A stretch of 64,000 nucleotides of DNA from Octopus vulgaris (taxonomy: Eukaryota), in contig OX597823.1 in NCBI GenBank assembly GCA_951406725.2, positions 19,778,001 through 19,842,000 of the forward strand, read 5' to 3'. Of the stretch, positions 16,255 through 28,840 are shown one piece after another. Numbering within the stretch: the stretch's first letter is position 1; every line of letters begins with the position of its first letter. Below the pieces are notes generated by a model. The model had not been told where the DNA came from and did no database searches. It was given only the letters and a program-made list of their open reading frames with translations. The position numbers were made by a program, and so were the translations under genes.

Positions 16255-16313
16255 ATTATGTTGATGAAGGAAATGAATCTCATGATTCTAATCCAGAAAC
16301 GTGCGTCCATAAT
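16255..16313 (+). ncRNA. Type-I hammerhead ribozyme (UUGAUGA core)
   Basis: attatg TTGATGA A GGA aat GAATC tcat GATTC taa TCC A GAAA CGTGCG TC cataat; perfect 6-bp stem I; GUC triplet. Confidence 0.8.
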
Positions 16314-16592
16314 TGACCGTGGACTGTTTGATTTCGTTATTTTTCTTCTTTTTTTGCCATATATGAGTTACAAATATTGTTATCTGTGGAGACATATTTT
16401 TTGTAGTAAGAGGAAATAGCAGTCCTCTGGCTGCTATTTCTAAACTTTTCGGTATGTGGTCAAGCAACTTGTTGCAAAAACCCTTATTGTTATAATTATA
16501 TAAACTTTTACCGAATATGGTCCTTTTCCATACCGAAGTGCTACTAGGTGAAATTTGTTGATTTTATTAAATTAATTATATTTCACCCTTTA

Positions 16593-16636
<44 letters not shown>

Positions 16637-16642
16637 TAGGCA

Positions 16643-16724
<82 letters not shown>

Positions 16725-16862
16725 GCTAGCTAGCTAGCTAGCTATATATGTATGTATACGACGGGATTCTTTCAGTTTCCGTCAACCTAATATATTCACA
16801 AGGCTTTGGTGGGCCCGAGGTTATAGTAAAAGACACTTGCCCAAGGTGTCACGCAGTGGATA

Positions 16863-17075
16863 AGGCGGTGAGCTGGCAGAATCGTTAGCACGCCGGACGA
16901 AATTCTTAGCGGCATTTCGTCTGCCGCTGCGTTCTGAGTTCAAATTCCACCGAAGTTGACTTTACTTTGCATCCGTTCGGGGTCGATAAATTAAGTACCA
17001 GTTAAGTACTGGGGTCGATGCAATCGTCTATCTCCTTACCCCAAATTTCAGGCCTTGTGCCTATAATCGAAAGGA
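16863..17075 (+). mobile_element. tRNA-derived SINE family B (Meta-domain-like)
   Basis: GGCGGTGAGCTGGCAGAATCGTTAG head; CATCC.TTCGGGGTCGATAAATTAAGTACC block; more copies at 35300-36620, 39600-39835 and 63243-63447. Confidence 0.85.
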
Positions 17076-17306
17076 AAGTATTTGCAGATATCTAAATGTT
17101 TCAAGCAGTTGACTGACATCGACCGTACTCAACCGCATGAAACCTTTAGCTATGAGCATATAATCTGGTTTACTATTATTATTATTGCGCAATATTCCTT
17201 AAATCTTTTCTACTCTAGGCACAACGTACCCATATGATGTCCTGTACCCATATATGTCTGTATATATACATATATATGTAGGTATGTACATATATATATG
17301 TATATA

Positions 17307-17700
17307 TTCTTTTACTTGTTTCAGTCATTTGACTGCGGCCATGCTGGAGCACCGCCTTTAGTCGAGCAAATCGACCCCGGGACTTATTCTTTGTAAGCCC
17401 AGTACTTATTCTATCGGTCTCTTTTGCCGAACCGCTAAGTGACGGGGACGTAAACACACCAGCATCGGTTGTCAAGCAATGCTAGGGGGACAAACACAGA
17501 CACACAAACATATACACACACACTTATATATATATACATACATACGACAGGCTTCTTTCAGTTTCCGTCTACCAAATCCACTCACAAGGCATTGGTCGTC
17601 CCGGGGCTATAGCAGAAGACACTTGCCCAAGATGCCACGCAGTGGGACTGAACCCGGAACCATGTGGTTGGTAAGCAAGCTACTTACCACACAGCCACTC
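17307..17700 (-). mobile_element. SINE family A, full length
   Basis: Near-identical reverse complement of 15560-15955. Confidence 0.92.
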
Positions 17701-18685
17701 TATTTATGTTATATATATATATATATATATATATGACATGTTTCCACAGTTTCCATCTAACAAATCCTCTCCCAAAGCTTTGGTCAGTCCGAGGTTATTG
17801 TGGAAGACGGTTGCTCAAGATGCCGCTCAGTGGGACTGAATCTGAAACCAATGCCTCCTACAAAGTGAGCTTCTTCACCATACAACCATATCTTGCCCTA
17901 AGGACAAACATTAGCAGTTACTAAATTACATCCCAAGGAATCCGGTTTTGCTAATGGCTAACACGGTGTAGGAAGATCTAGCGTTAGAATACTCGCTAAT
18001 GTCTTTATGTTTGTCCCTGTCGGTGAAACCAAAACTTTTGTGTATCCTGAGGTGCTGACATGAGTATTCTGAACTCCCAAGGCACAGATCGCTTCGGATC
18101 TAATATCATATAAACTGAGGCTCAGGGTAATTTTTGTTATAGTTTCATTATGGCTGCATGTATTGAAATTCCAGTTTTTATTCTTGTGAGTTTTCTATGG
18201 GCATATGCTTAAAGAATGATTTATTTCCTTGGGTGGTTCATTTTCTAAATCTCGGGTTTCTATGCATTTACAAATTGCTTTAAGAAGGAAAGAAATTCGA
18301 AATTAAACGAAAATATATAGTTACCAACGGGAGAAAACTGTTTTCACTTTGACTTAATTCATTGTCCTTGTTTAGTTCTTTTCGTCATGATATTTATACA
18401 ATAAAATAGCGAAATACCCCGTGAACATAGAGTGAAGATCTGTGACACAATGCATTAGATACTAACCTGCTCTAAACGTAGAAGAAACTAATAGAAGTCC
18501 TGACATGGAAAACAACTTTTCCAGCTAAATTCAATAGCGTCTTACGTTTTCAATTCTAGGACATTTACTGTTATTTTTTAGCTTGGACAAAGCCGGGTAT
18601 TCTGCTAATATATACTGACATACACATATATAATATATGTGTGTATGTATATTTATGCATAAATATAATTATAAACATGCGCCCA

Positions 18686-18848
18686 GGCGCCGGAGTGGCT
18701 GTGTGGTAAGAAGGTTGCTTACCAACCACATGGTTCCGGGTTCAGTCAAAATTGAGTGGCATCTTGGGCAAGTGTTTTCTACTATAGCCTCAGGTCAGCC
18801 AAAGCCTCGTGAGTGGATGCTGTAGACAGAAACTGAAAGAAGCCCATC

Positions 18849-18900
<52 letters not shown>

Positions 18901-19023
18901 CGGCAAAAAAATCCCAATAGAATAAGTACTAGTCTTACAAAGAATAAGTGTTAGCGTCGGTTTTTTCGACCACAGGCGGCGCTCCAGCATGGCCGCAGTC
19001 AAATGACTGAAAGAAGGAAAAGA
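18686..19023 (+). mobile_element. SINE family A with internal deletion
   Basis: Head and tail similar to other copies. Confidence 0.85.
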
Positions 19024-19299
19024 ATATATATATACATAATTTCGTCAGCTGACATGTGGCACATGGTGCACCTCTGCAGATAGTATCGAATTGATAGACG
19101 GAGTGAGCTTATGTGTATATAAATATGTGATCACCATAAACAAATTATCTTTGTGGTTGACCCTCATACGTCATCTAATGACGGGAGAGTCCAAGATTAC
19201 ATCTTAAATTTATATCTTTGGAAAGTCATTGCCTACATTGTCCTGCATCCAAACGCTTTCAGTTCAAGAAACAAAACAATAAAAGAATTATATCCAACA

Positions 19300-19720
19300 C
19301 TCAACAAACACATTTGACCAATCCCAGGCAATCCAGCAATAAACAGGCACATTTGACCAATCCCAGGCAATCCAGCAATAAACACACACATTTAACCTAT
19401 CCAAGGCAATCGTGCAATCAGCAAACACATTTGACCAGTCCCAGGCAACCTTGCATTCAACAGAATCATTTGACCAACCACAGGCAATTCTGCAATCAGG
19501 AAACACACTTGACCAACCACAGGCAATCCTGCAGTCAACAGACACACTTGACCAGTCCCAGGCAACACTACAATCAACAGATACATTTGACCAACCACAG
19601 ACAATCCTGCAGTCAACAGACACACTTGACCAGTCCCAGGCAACACTACAATCACAGATACATTTGACCAACCACAGGCAATCCTGCAGTCAACAGACAC
19701 ACTTGACCAATACCAGACAA
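19300..19720 (+). repeat. 36-bp minisatellite (~11-12 units) coding a THLTNxRQSCxQQ repeat
   Basis: Unit ~CACATTTGACCAACCACAGGCAATCCTGCAGTCAACAGA; in frame apart from a 1-nt deletion near 19655. Confidence 0.92.
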
Positions 19721-20225
19721 AATGAAAATCATCAATGTCCTCATTGTAACTTCGTAGCCAAATCCATGCATCCATCGCCAGTAGATGGCGCTTCTTTTGT
19801 TCTTTTTATTCGAAAGGTCTTCTCTTTTGCCCCACTTTTCTTATAATCTATAAATCTTCTTCAAACACTCATACTTTGAAATGGTCGGAAGTGACCATCA
19901 TCATCATCATCATCGTCGTCGTCGTCGTCGTCGTTATCATCATCATCACCATCACCATCATCATCATCATCCTTTTCTTTCTACTCTCAATTCTGTTACC
20001 ATTTCTTGCCGAGTGTCTTCCCGACGCTTAGGGCAACGAAATTCACTGCATATATTTGTAGATCATTAAAATAATCACATCAGATTGTTCATTTACAAAG
20101 TCAAGTCATGTGATAGAAGAAAGAAGGGGGAGGGGGATAAAATAAGAAAAAAAATGGGTCAATGTAAAAAGTGGAAAACAAAAAAAAAGAATTCAAAAAG
20201 CAAAACGGAAAAAAGGAAAGAAAGT

Positions 20226-20563
20226 TCACAGCGACAATGCTCTTCTCAATACTTGGGACATACCAGTTAAAACAATCTTTTTCACTTCTTGCATGGATGG
20301 TAAGCCAGGGATTATCCTAAAAAATTTTTCAGTTTTTTTATCATTCCAAATGCTTCTACAATCACTGGTTATTGTAACCATCTTGAGATCCCACATTTTA
20401 TTTTTATTTCAATGAGCAAATCTTTATATTTTCTGAGCTTATCAAATTCTTTTGCCGCCATAACAAGGAATGCTCATATCGATCAGTAAACAGACCTTAT
20501 TATTTTGGTCTTTCACGACAATATCCAGTTTATTAGCTTTGATGGCTCGGTCTGTAAGTACTG
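20226..20563 (-). pseudogene. R4/Dong-like non-LTR retrotransposon C-terminus (restriction-like endonuclease)
   Basis: TDRAIKANKLDIVVKDQNNKVCLLIDMSIP...KEFDKLRKYKDLLIEI..MWDLK...PVIV...IPGLPSMQEVKKIVLTGMSQVLRRALSL* across frameshifts. Confidence 0.85.
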
Positions 20564-21648
20564 AAAAACCTTGTGAGTGGATTTGGTAGACGGAAACTGA
20601 AAGAAACCCGTCGATTATATATGTGTGTATGTGTGCGTGTGTGTGCGTGTGTGTGTGTGTGTACGTGTGTGTATATATGTTTGTGTGTCTGTGTTTGTCC
20701 CCCCCCCCAACATCGCCTGACAACCAATGCTGGTGTGTTTACGTCCCCGTAACTTAGCGGTTCGACAAAAGAGACCGATAGAATAAGTACTAGGCTTACA
20801 AAGAATAAGTCCTGGGGTCGATTTGCTCGACTAAAGATGGTGCTCCAGCATGGCCACAGTCAAATGACTGAAGCAAGTAAAAGAGTAAAAAAGAGTAAAT
20901 GGAAGATTTTAACTCTGGTTCAAAGTAATAAGGATTTAAGAGGAGTCCAGAGTTCATCAGCTTTTGTTATTTTTGAATTCATTGGCAGGGTTTGTCAGAA
21001 GTTTCCCGACAACAACACTGCTACAGATCTCATTTGAGATCTTTTGTTACTCAAGTCCTCCCTTGTCCGGATCTCTTTTGCGTGTGATCGAGCAATCTGC
21101 TTAGACTTTCCTTTCATATGCTTATATCGATTGGTAAACGACAATATCCAGTTTATTAGCATTGATCGTTCGGTCTGTAAGTACTGAAAAGCCTTGTGAG
21201 TAGGTTTGGTAGACGGAAACTGAAAGAAGCCCGTCGTATATATGTTTATATACTTATGTATGTGTGTGTGTGTATATGTTTGTGTGTCTGTGTTTGTGCC
21301 CCCAACATCGCTTGACAACCAATGCTGGTATGTTTACGTCCCCGTAACTTAGCGGTTCGACAAAAGAGACCGATAGAATAAGTACTAGGCTTACAAAGAA
21401 TAAGTCCTGGGGTCGATTTGTGTAAATGGAAGATTTTAACTCTGGTTCAAAGTAATAAGGATTTAAGAGGAGTCCAGAGTTCATCAGCTTTTGTTATTTT
21501 TGAATTCATTGGCAGGGTTTGTCAGAAGTTTCCCGACAACAACACTGCTACAGATCTCATTTGAGATCTTTTTTTTTACTCAAGTCCTCCCTTGTCCGGA
21601 GCTCTTTTGCGTGTGATTGAGCAATCTGCTTAGACTTTCCTTTCATAT
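20516..21648 (+). repeat. Tandem duplication, ~620-bp unit (20516-21118 / 21139-21648); second copy has a deletion in the SINE tail
   Basis: Identical R4/SINE junction and the same following unique sequence in both copies. Confidence 0.9.
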
Positions 21649-22072
21649 CGCTTAAGAATTTGTTCGATTCTCAAATTCTTGGCAATGCTGCAAAGCGATG
21701 CAACATTTATTCCTTCGCTTACGAGGATCTTGCAAGCAGAGAGTTATACGGCATCAGAAAAGAGTGCGGCGACAATATCTGAAAAAAAAGAGTAAAAAAA
21801 AAACAAAAAGAAAAAGTAACTCTGACAGATATGTCTTTATTAATTCTGATAGATTTTGGTAAGTAATCGACTCTTGAGAATTGTCTTTCCAGTTACTCCA
21901 GGATCATAAAGGAGCAAAATACAAATTTCTCGTTTCCGAACTCTATAAAAATAGTGGAATTGACTGTTCTCTTAGTCTGTCGTGAGATTGGGTTCATTTT
22001 CATTGATATATTATTTTAATGTACCAGCAATGTATGATTTTTCTCCCTCAAAACATCTGTTGATAGATTATA

Positions 22073-22497
22073 GGATCTTTTCGGTTTGAACGGCAGTTTT
22101 TAACATAATTTCTAGGTAACTAAAAAATTTTAAACTTCGTATACTGGTAGAATATGTTTATAAAACATCTTTTTCTCTTGGCTTTATTGAGAAAATTCTA
22201 TAGTTTGTAAGATATTTGTTTTTTTTTTTTTCAATTTCTGCAATTTCAACCAATCAGTTACGTCTATTGCGGTAAAAAGTCATTCTGTGCCGTATGAATA
22301 TCTCCCTCGTTTACGAAACAGAAAGGGTTTATTTACATTTGTGAAGAAAAAAGATACCCTTGCTCCACCCCTAACCCTAACTAACCCTAACTCCAAAACA
22401 GATAGAAATGCAATAGATCGATACTAGGGTCATAATTATGGGTGACAATTTCATATGACACCGCTAGAAAAAACTGCCGTTCAAACCGAAAAGATCC
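22073..22497 (-). mobile_element. MITE with ~29-bp TIR and 8-bp TSD (Merlin-like), internal telomere-type repeats
   Basis: TIR GGATCTTTTCGGTTTGAACGGCAGTTTTT; flanks AGATTATA/AGATTATT; internal CCCTAACCCTAA. Confidence 0.9.
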
Positions 22498-22823
22498 AGA
22501 TTATTAGTCTTACTGTGGTTAGGTTGATGAAGTCCATATTAATGATGATTTCTATCCTTAAACTTATTCTCAGTGTCGCTAAAATTTGCGTTGTAGTTTT
22601 CACCACTGTACTTTAATTGCAATTTTATTCATGGGTAGCGAATCAATAATAACAGAGAAACTTGATTTGGCCGTGACGGTAATTTGAATTCGCTCTGGCG
22701 AGTTTTGGTGTTCCGCATAAATTTAATGAGGAAGATGGAGGAAAGTAAGAGTTTGCGAAGGGAATGTCAGAGTTTGTAGTCATAATACATAAAGAAACAA
22801 AGAGAGGGAGAAAGAAAGAAAGA

Positions 22824-22855
<32 letters not shown>

Positions 22856-23454
22856 GGAGAGAGAGAAAGAGAGAAAGAGATAAATAGAGAGATAGATAGA
22901 GGGTTATAGTAAGAGAAGATAAACAGATTAGAGTGACGGAGAGAAACAGGAGTAGAAAGAGAAATAAAAAGCACCAAGAGAGAAAAAGTAAAGGAAAGAG
23001 AGAGGTGAAAGAAAGACTAATAGTATGTGAGTGACAGAGAGAGAGAGTGGAAGAAAAGGCATTGAGAGATAAAGGAGAAATTATGGAACAAAGAAGGAGA
23101 GAAAAAAAGGGGGAGAGGGAGAGAGGGAGAGAGAGAAGGTTCGATTGGAGAAAAAGTCAAATAAAGAATAGAAAAAAAGGAAAAGCTAAAACACGTGGAT
23201 TCAGCTTTCTTCATGATCACCTCATTTCACCAGATTCCTTGTAGTGTTATGCTCGTGTCTTCACCAATCAGGGAGATCCATCTCTAAGACGATCTTTCAC
23301 GTTAATTAGGGATTTTCATGCTTTAATGTGATGCTTGAGGTACGTAGGTTTTCGGTGGCCTTCTTATTTTACAATGTGGCTAATGTGCACAAAAACCCTT
23401 CCTTGCTATATATGCAAAAAAAAAAAAAAAAATAAGAAAAAAAAAAGAAAACCT

Positions 23455-23614
23455 AGGAGTGGCTGTGTGGTAAGTAGCTTGCTAATCAACCACATGGTTC
23501 CGGGTTCAGTCCCACTACGTGGTATCTTGGGCAAGTGTCTTCTGCTATAGCCCCGGGCCGACCAATGCTTTGTGAGTGGATTTGGTAGACGGAAACTGAA
23601 AGAAGCCTGTCGTA

Positions 23615-23661
<47 letters not shown>

Positions 23662-23871
23662 TTGCGTGTCTGTGTTTGTCCTCCTAGCATTGCTTGACAA
23701 CCGATGCTGGTTGTTTACGTACCCGTCACTTAGCGGTTCGGCAAAAGAGACCGATAGAATAAGTACTGGGCTTACAAAGAATAAGTCTTGGGGTCGATTT
23801 GCTCGACTAAAGGCGGTGCTCCAGCATGGCCGCAGTCAAATGACTGAAACAAGTAAAAGAGTAAAAGAGTA
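23455..23871 (+). mobile_element. SINE family A, full length
   Basis: Similar to 15560-15955. Confidence 0.9.
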
Positions 23872-24093
23872 AGCTTCTGTAATCTAACGTGGTGATAATT
23901 TTCTGTAATCTAACGCGCTGATGATTTTCCGCCCAAGGTATTTCGAAATGCAAGCTTATATATTTATATATGTTTCGTAGTTTAAATTGGATGCAAAATG
24001 AAACAATTGTAGATGAACATGTTAATTAATTAATAAAATTAATTTGTATACATTAGATCTCTCCGTTTTCAAACTTAACAACAACAACAACAC

Positions 24094-24136
<43 letters not shown>

Positions 24137-24170
24137 TAATAATATTATACACACACACACACAAACACAT

Positions 24171-24207
<37 letters not shown>

Positions 24208-24398
24208 CGCACATACATACATACAAACATACATACATACACAGGAGTGGGTGTGTGGTAAGAAGCTTGCTTCCTAACCACATGGTTCCGGGTTCAGTCC
24301 TACTGCGTGGCACCTCGGGCAAGCGTCTTGTACTATAGTCTCGGTTCAACCAAAGCGTTGAGAGTGGATTTCCTAGACGGAAACTGAAAGAATCCCGT

Positions 24399-24445
<47 letters not shown>

Positions 24446-24506
24446 GCACACACACACGCACACACACACGCACACACGCACACACACGCACACACACACG
24501 TACACA

Positions 24507-24546
<40 letters not shown>

Positions 24547-25074
24547 TATATATATCGGAGTGGCTGTGTGGTAAGTAGCTTGCTTACCAACCACATGGTT
24601 CGGGTTCAGTTCTCCTATAGCCTCGGGCCGACCAAAGCCTTGTGAGTGGATTTGGTAGGTGGAAAGTGAAAGAAGCCTGTCACGTGTATGTATATATATA
24701 TATATATATATCATATCGTATTCACCGTTCCCTCTCTCTCTCACTCCTCCTCCTCGACTCTCTCGTCGGTGACACGTAACGAAAGATAATCTGTCTTTCT
24801 GCCCACAATCCTTCGTAAAGAAAAAAAAACGTTCTTATACAGTCTCCTTCATAAGCTTGTCTTCCTAACGTTCAAAAATATTTTTTCTATCGTCTTGGAT
24901 TAATAGCCCTCACCCATTGTTTTTACTGTTTTGTTCTCACTGTCCTGTTCGTATTATCCCTTCCCCCCTCTGCATGCAGAAACAAGGTGAATGCCCCTTG
25001 TATTTGAATACTATGCAAATATTCTTAAAAAATACTTTGCGTTTAATTATTCCAAAATTTAATTGTTTTCAATA

Positions 25075-25110
25075 CAGTTGAAAAAGTCTCAATGGCTGAA
25101 ACCGGTACTG
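25075..25110 (+). ncRNA. Minimal hammerhead, compensated U3-A8 core
   Basis: cag TTGAAAA AGTC tcaat GGCT GAAA CCGG TA ctg. Confidence 0.72.
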
Positions 25111-25317
25111 AACCACCATGTAGCGATTCAACAATGATATAACTAAATCATATATACATATATTATATATTGCGAAATTACTAAACTAAGTTTGGAATTA
25201 TATTCCCTAATATTATATATATATGTGTGTATAATGGTGAAAAGGAACACACAAGTTGATATATATGAAAAAACAAGTAAGATAGAAAATGCTAAAATAA
25301 TTTTATAAAGAACATTT

Positions 25318-25354
25318 CAGTACCGGTTTCAGTCATTTGAGAACTTTTCAACTG
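25318..25354 (-). ncRNA. Minimal hammerhead, U3-A8 core (stem II slightly degenerate)
   Basis: cag TTGAAAA GTTC tcaaat GACT GAAA CCGG TA ctg. Confidence 0.6.
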
Positions 25355-25846
25355 TAACGATTAATTAATTAAATTTAGAAAAATTAAAAGAAAAGTTTTT
25401 TTAAAAGAATATTTGTATAGTGTTCAAATATAAGTGGCATTTTCCTAGTGTCTGCATTTCTCTGTCTCTCTTGTTTACACTTGTGGGTTCGAGGTCGTTG
25501 TGTTATATATATATACATATATACATATACATCCACTCACAAGGCTTTGGTCGGCCCGAGGCTATAGTAGAATTGAACCCGCAACCAATTGGTTGGTAAG
25601 CAAGCTACTTACCACACAGCCACCCCGATATATATATATGTGTTTGTGTGTGTGTGTGCGTGTGCGTGTGTGTGTGCGTGTGTGTGCATGTATATATATA
25701 TAACGACCTCGAACCCACAAGTGTAAACAAGAGAGACAGAGAAAGGCAGAAACTAGGAAAATGCTACTTATATTTGAACACTATACAAATATTCTTTTAA
25801 AAAAACTTTTCTTTTAATTTTTCTAAATTGAATTATTTAATCGTTA

Positions 25847-25883
25847 CAGTTGAAAAGGTCTCAAATGACTGAAACCGGTACTG
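25847..25883 (+). ncRNA. Minimal hammerhead, U3-A8 core
   Basis: cag TTGAAAA GGTC tcaaat GACT GAAA CCGG TA ctg. Confidence 0.72.
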
Positions 25884-25971
25884 AAATGTTCTTTATAAAA
25901 TTATTTTAGCATTTTCTATCTTGACTTGTTTTTTCATATATATCAACTTCTGTGTTCTTTTTCACCCTTAT

Positions 25972-26034
<63 letters not shown>

Positions 26035-26375
26035 GGGAATATAATTCCAAACTTACTTTAGTTTTGTTTTTTTCGTATATATATATATATATATATGTAT
26101 GGACATACATACATGCATACCATGCGAGAACATGATAGTTTGTGCGTCAGATTTGACGATAGCCTGGTAGATGCTAGAATAATGCCAGTTTTTCTTTTTT
26201 TATGTGAAAGAGCTGCGTGCACATAATATACAGTTTCATTTTCACATCATCTGCCCACTTGCAAGCTATAGTCAAGCAACTGAGCTTGTATAAGAATGCA
26301 GGAAATGGCCAAAATAACTGAAGTGGGGATCTCTAGGCCATGCAGTACTATATAACATGGTATGTGTGACAAGAC

Positions 26376-26559
26376 TCTTTAGTCGAGCAAATCGACCCAA
26401 TGACTTATTCTTTGTAAGCCTAGTACTTATTCTATCAGTCTCTTTTGCCGAACCGCTAAGTTATGGTAGACGTAAACACACCAGCATCGGTTGTCAAGCG
26501 ATGTTGGGGGTACAAACACAGACACACAAACATATACAAACACACACACACACTCAAAC

Positions 26560-26600
<41 letters not shown>

Positions 26601-26777
26601 CGTATATACGATGGATTTCTTTCAGTTTCCGTCTACCAAATCTACTCGCAAAGGTTTTAGTTGGCCCAAGGCTATAGTAGAAGACACTTGCCCAAGGTGC
26701 CACGCAGTGTGTGGCTGAACCCGGAACCCTGTGGTTGGTAAGCAAGCTACTTACTACACAGCCACTCCTACGCGTAT
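26376..26777 (-). mobile_element. SINE family A
   Basis: Similar to other copies. Confidence 0.88.
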
Positions 26778-26787
26778 GATTGAAAGA

Positions 26788-26905
26788 CGTGTACAGCACC
26801 TAGGTTTTCCAAACGGTCACCAATCTAAGTACTAACTAGGCTCGATGTCGCTTAACTTCGGTGATCGGTGAGAACCGGTGCTTTCAACGTGATATGGCCG
26901 TAAGC
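26788..26905 (-). rRNA. 5S rRNA copy (probable pseudogene)
   Basis: GCTTACGGCCATATCACGTTGAAAGCACCGGTTCTC-ACCGATCACCGAAGTTAAGC...AGTACTTAGATTGGTGACCGTTTGGAAAACCTAGGTGCTGTA; matches metazoan 5S with several substitutions. Confidence 0.92.
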
Positions 26906-26971
26906 GTTAGGATCGAGCCCGTGATGTCGTGGTTGCCAAGCGAACGTCTTAACCACTCGACCAAAATGCGG
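26906..26971 (-). pseudogene. tRNA-like segment fused directly 5' of the 5S copy
   Basis: A box TGGTCGAGTGG, anticodon arm TTCG cttggca..., B box GGCTCGATCC; 3' acceptor strand replaced by 5S nucleotide 1. Confidence 0.7.
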
Positions 26972-27218
26972 ATTTGTACATTAATAGAATCAATGCTTAG
27001 CCATTATGTGTATACGTACATTTATAATGCATTCTCTGAGTTCATTCATTCTTTAACAAGTCTTGTTTTCATCTTGAAGGGTTTCCAAAATCACCCTCCC
27101 CCGCTAGCAAACTTTGCGGAGTTACCAACTTAGTCGCCTACTGATGCAGCTGGTAACATGTGACCCGGATGTACTGGGTTGCATGTTACGAGTAGCGCTT
27201 ACTTATAAACGACTTCAC

Positions 27219-27281
<63 letters not shown>

Positions 27282-27960
27282 ATAGATGCATATATATATA
27301 TATATGTATAAAGTCAACATAACGTAACAGTCCCGTAGAGGGAATTACACCACCGCTATATAGCCCTAGGAAGCATCGACGCTTCTTGTCGGCTTTGACA
27401 CATTTCCTGTGACCTTATATTTGCAACCTGGAGACTAGCAACCTGGAGACATGCATGTTTCTGGGTCTTGCCCGTCGTCAGTCCAGGGTAGCGTGTCCTC
27501 GCTAGCGGTGATACTTACCAGGCCCTTGCGAATATATCTATTTACAGTGAAATTTATTCACTGGTCACCGTAATTAGAAATATTGAATTTCTAAATGTCT
27601 TAACGAGACATGAGCGGTGATAGAGCGATAGAGTGGTTATATATATATATATATATATGTACACCGATTTGTTCTGCTTTTTATATTTAACCCTACAGTC
27701 TCTTATGTGGTGGTTTAATAAAGTATGTGATTGAGTATTATCTGGTAATTGATATTTGATTTAGATGTATTTCTCCATTTTCTTATCTTGTATTAGTAAT
27801 TTGTGGTAAATCATTTTTACCTTTGCCCATATAATACAGTAAATGAATTGATTGCATCGCAATCATTAACATTTATGTATTAACTTTGTTGGGTACTTCA
27901 CTAGCAGTATATTGGATATATGTTATCCCATGGAGGGTTGCATTTACAACCCCTATCTCA

Positions 27961-28052
<92 letters not shown>

Positions 28053-28402
28053 TTACTTGTCTGCGATTAAGGAAACGTTACTGTGCCATCAACATATCAT
28101 TCTAGATGCCGATAAGTAACAAAATACTCCGCCTTACCACTCCTATAACATGCCCTACATACTAATTAATTGCTTATTCTAATAAGCAATTAACTAAAAT
28201 ATAGGGCATGCTATTTTAAGCTTCATATTCAACATCAGCCAAGAAAGGAAGCCATAGACATGAAAATTCTTTACACCTCATCAAATCAAACACAACTGAT
28301 TCTTGAGTCGAAATTCAGTCTCTGAATACAGTCTCTGAATGTATTCAGGGACTGAGAACCCACTTTGTTTATTTCTGCTATTTGCTTTTGGCCTGCACTT
28401 TT

Positions 28403-28789
28403 CACCACCACCACCACCGCCACCACCACCACCACTACTACCACCACCATCACCACCATCACCACCAATCATTGTCATCATTGTCGTCGTCGTCATCATC
28501 ATCGTCGTCGTCATCATCATCATCATCATCATCATCATGACCATCATCATCACTATTATCATCATCGTCGTCGTCGTCTTCATCATCATCATCATTACCA
28601 CAACCACCACAACCATGACCATGACCTTCTTCTTCTTCTTCTTCTTCTTCTTCTTCTTCTTCTTCTTCTCCTTCTTCTTCTTCTGCTGCTGCTGCTGCTG
28701 CTCCCCACCTCCTCCTTCTTCTGCTGCAGCTCCCCCTCCCCTCTTCTTCTTCTTCTTCTTCTTCTTCTTCTTCTTCTTCTTCTTCTTCT

Positions 28790-28840
<51 letters not shown>

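Larger units (their letters stand above)
25186..26054. repeat. Inverted repeat with ~310-bp arms (25186-25499 / 25702-26054), PLE pseudo-LTR-like
   Basis: Arms are reverse complements; each carries an HHR motif. Confidence 0.9.

Noticed and set aside
19300-19720. CRISPR-like 36-bp periodicity
   Set aside because: Units are contiguous with no unique spacers; eukaryotic context with no cas genes
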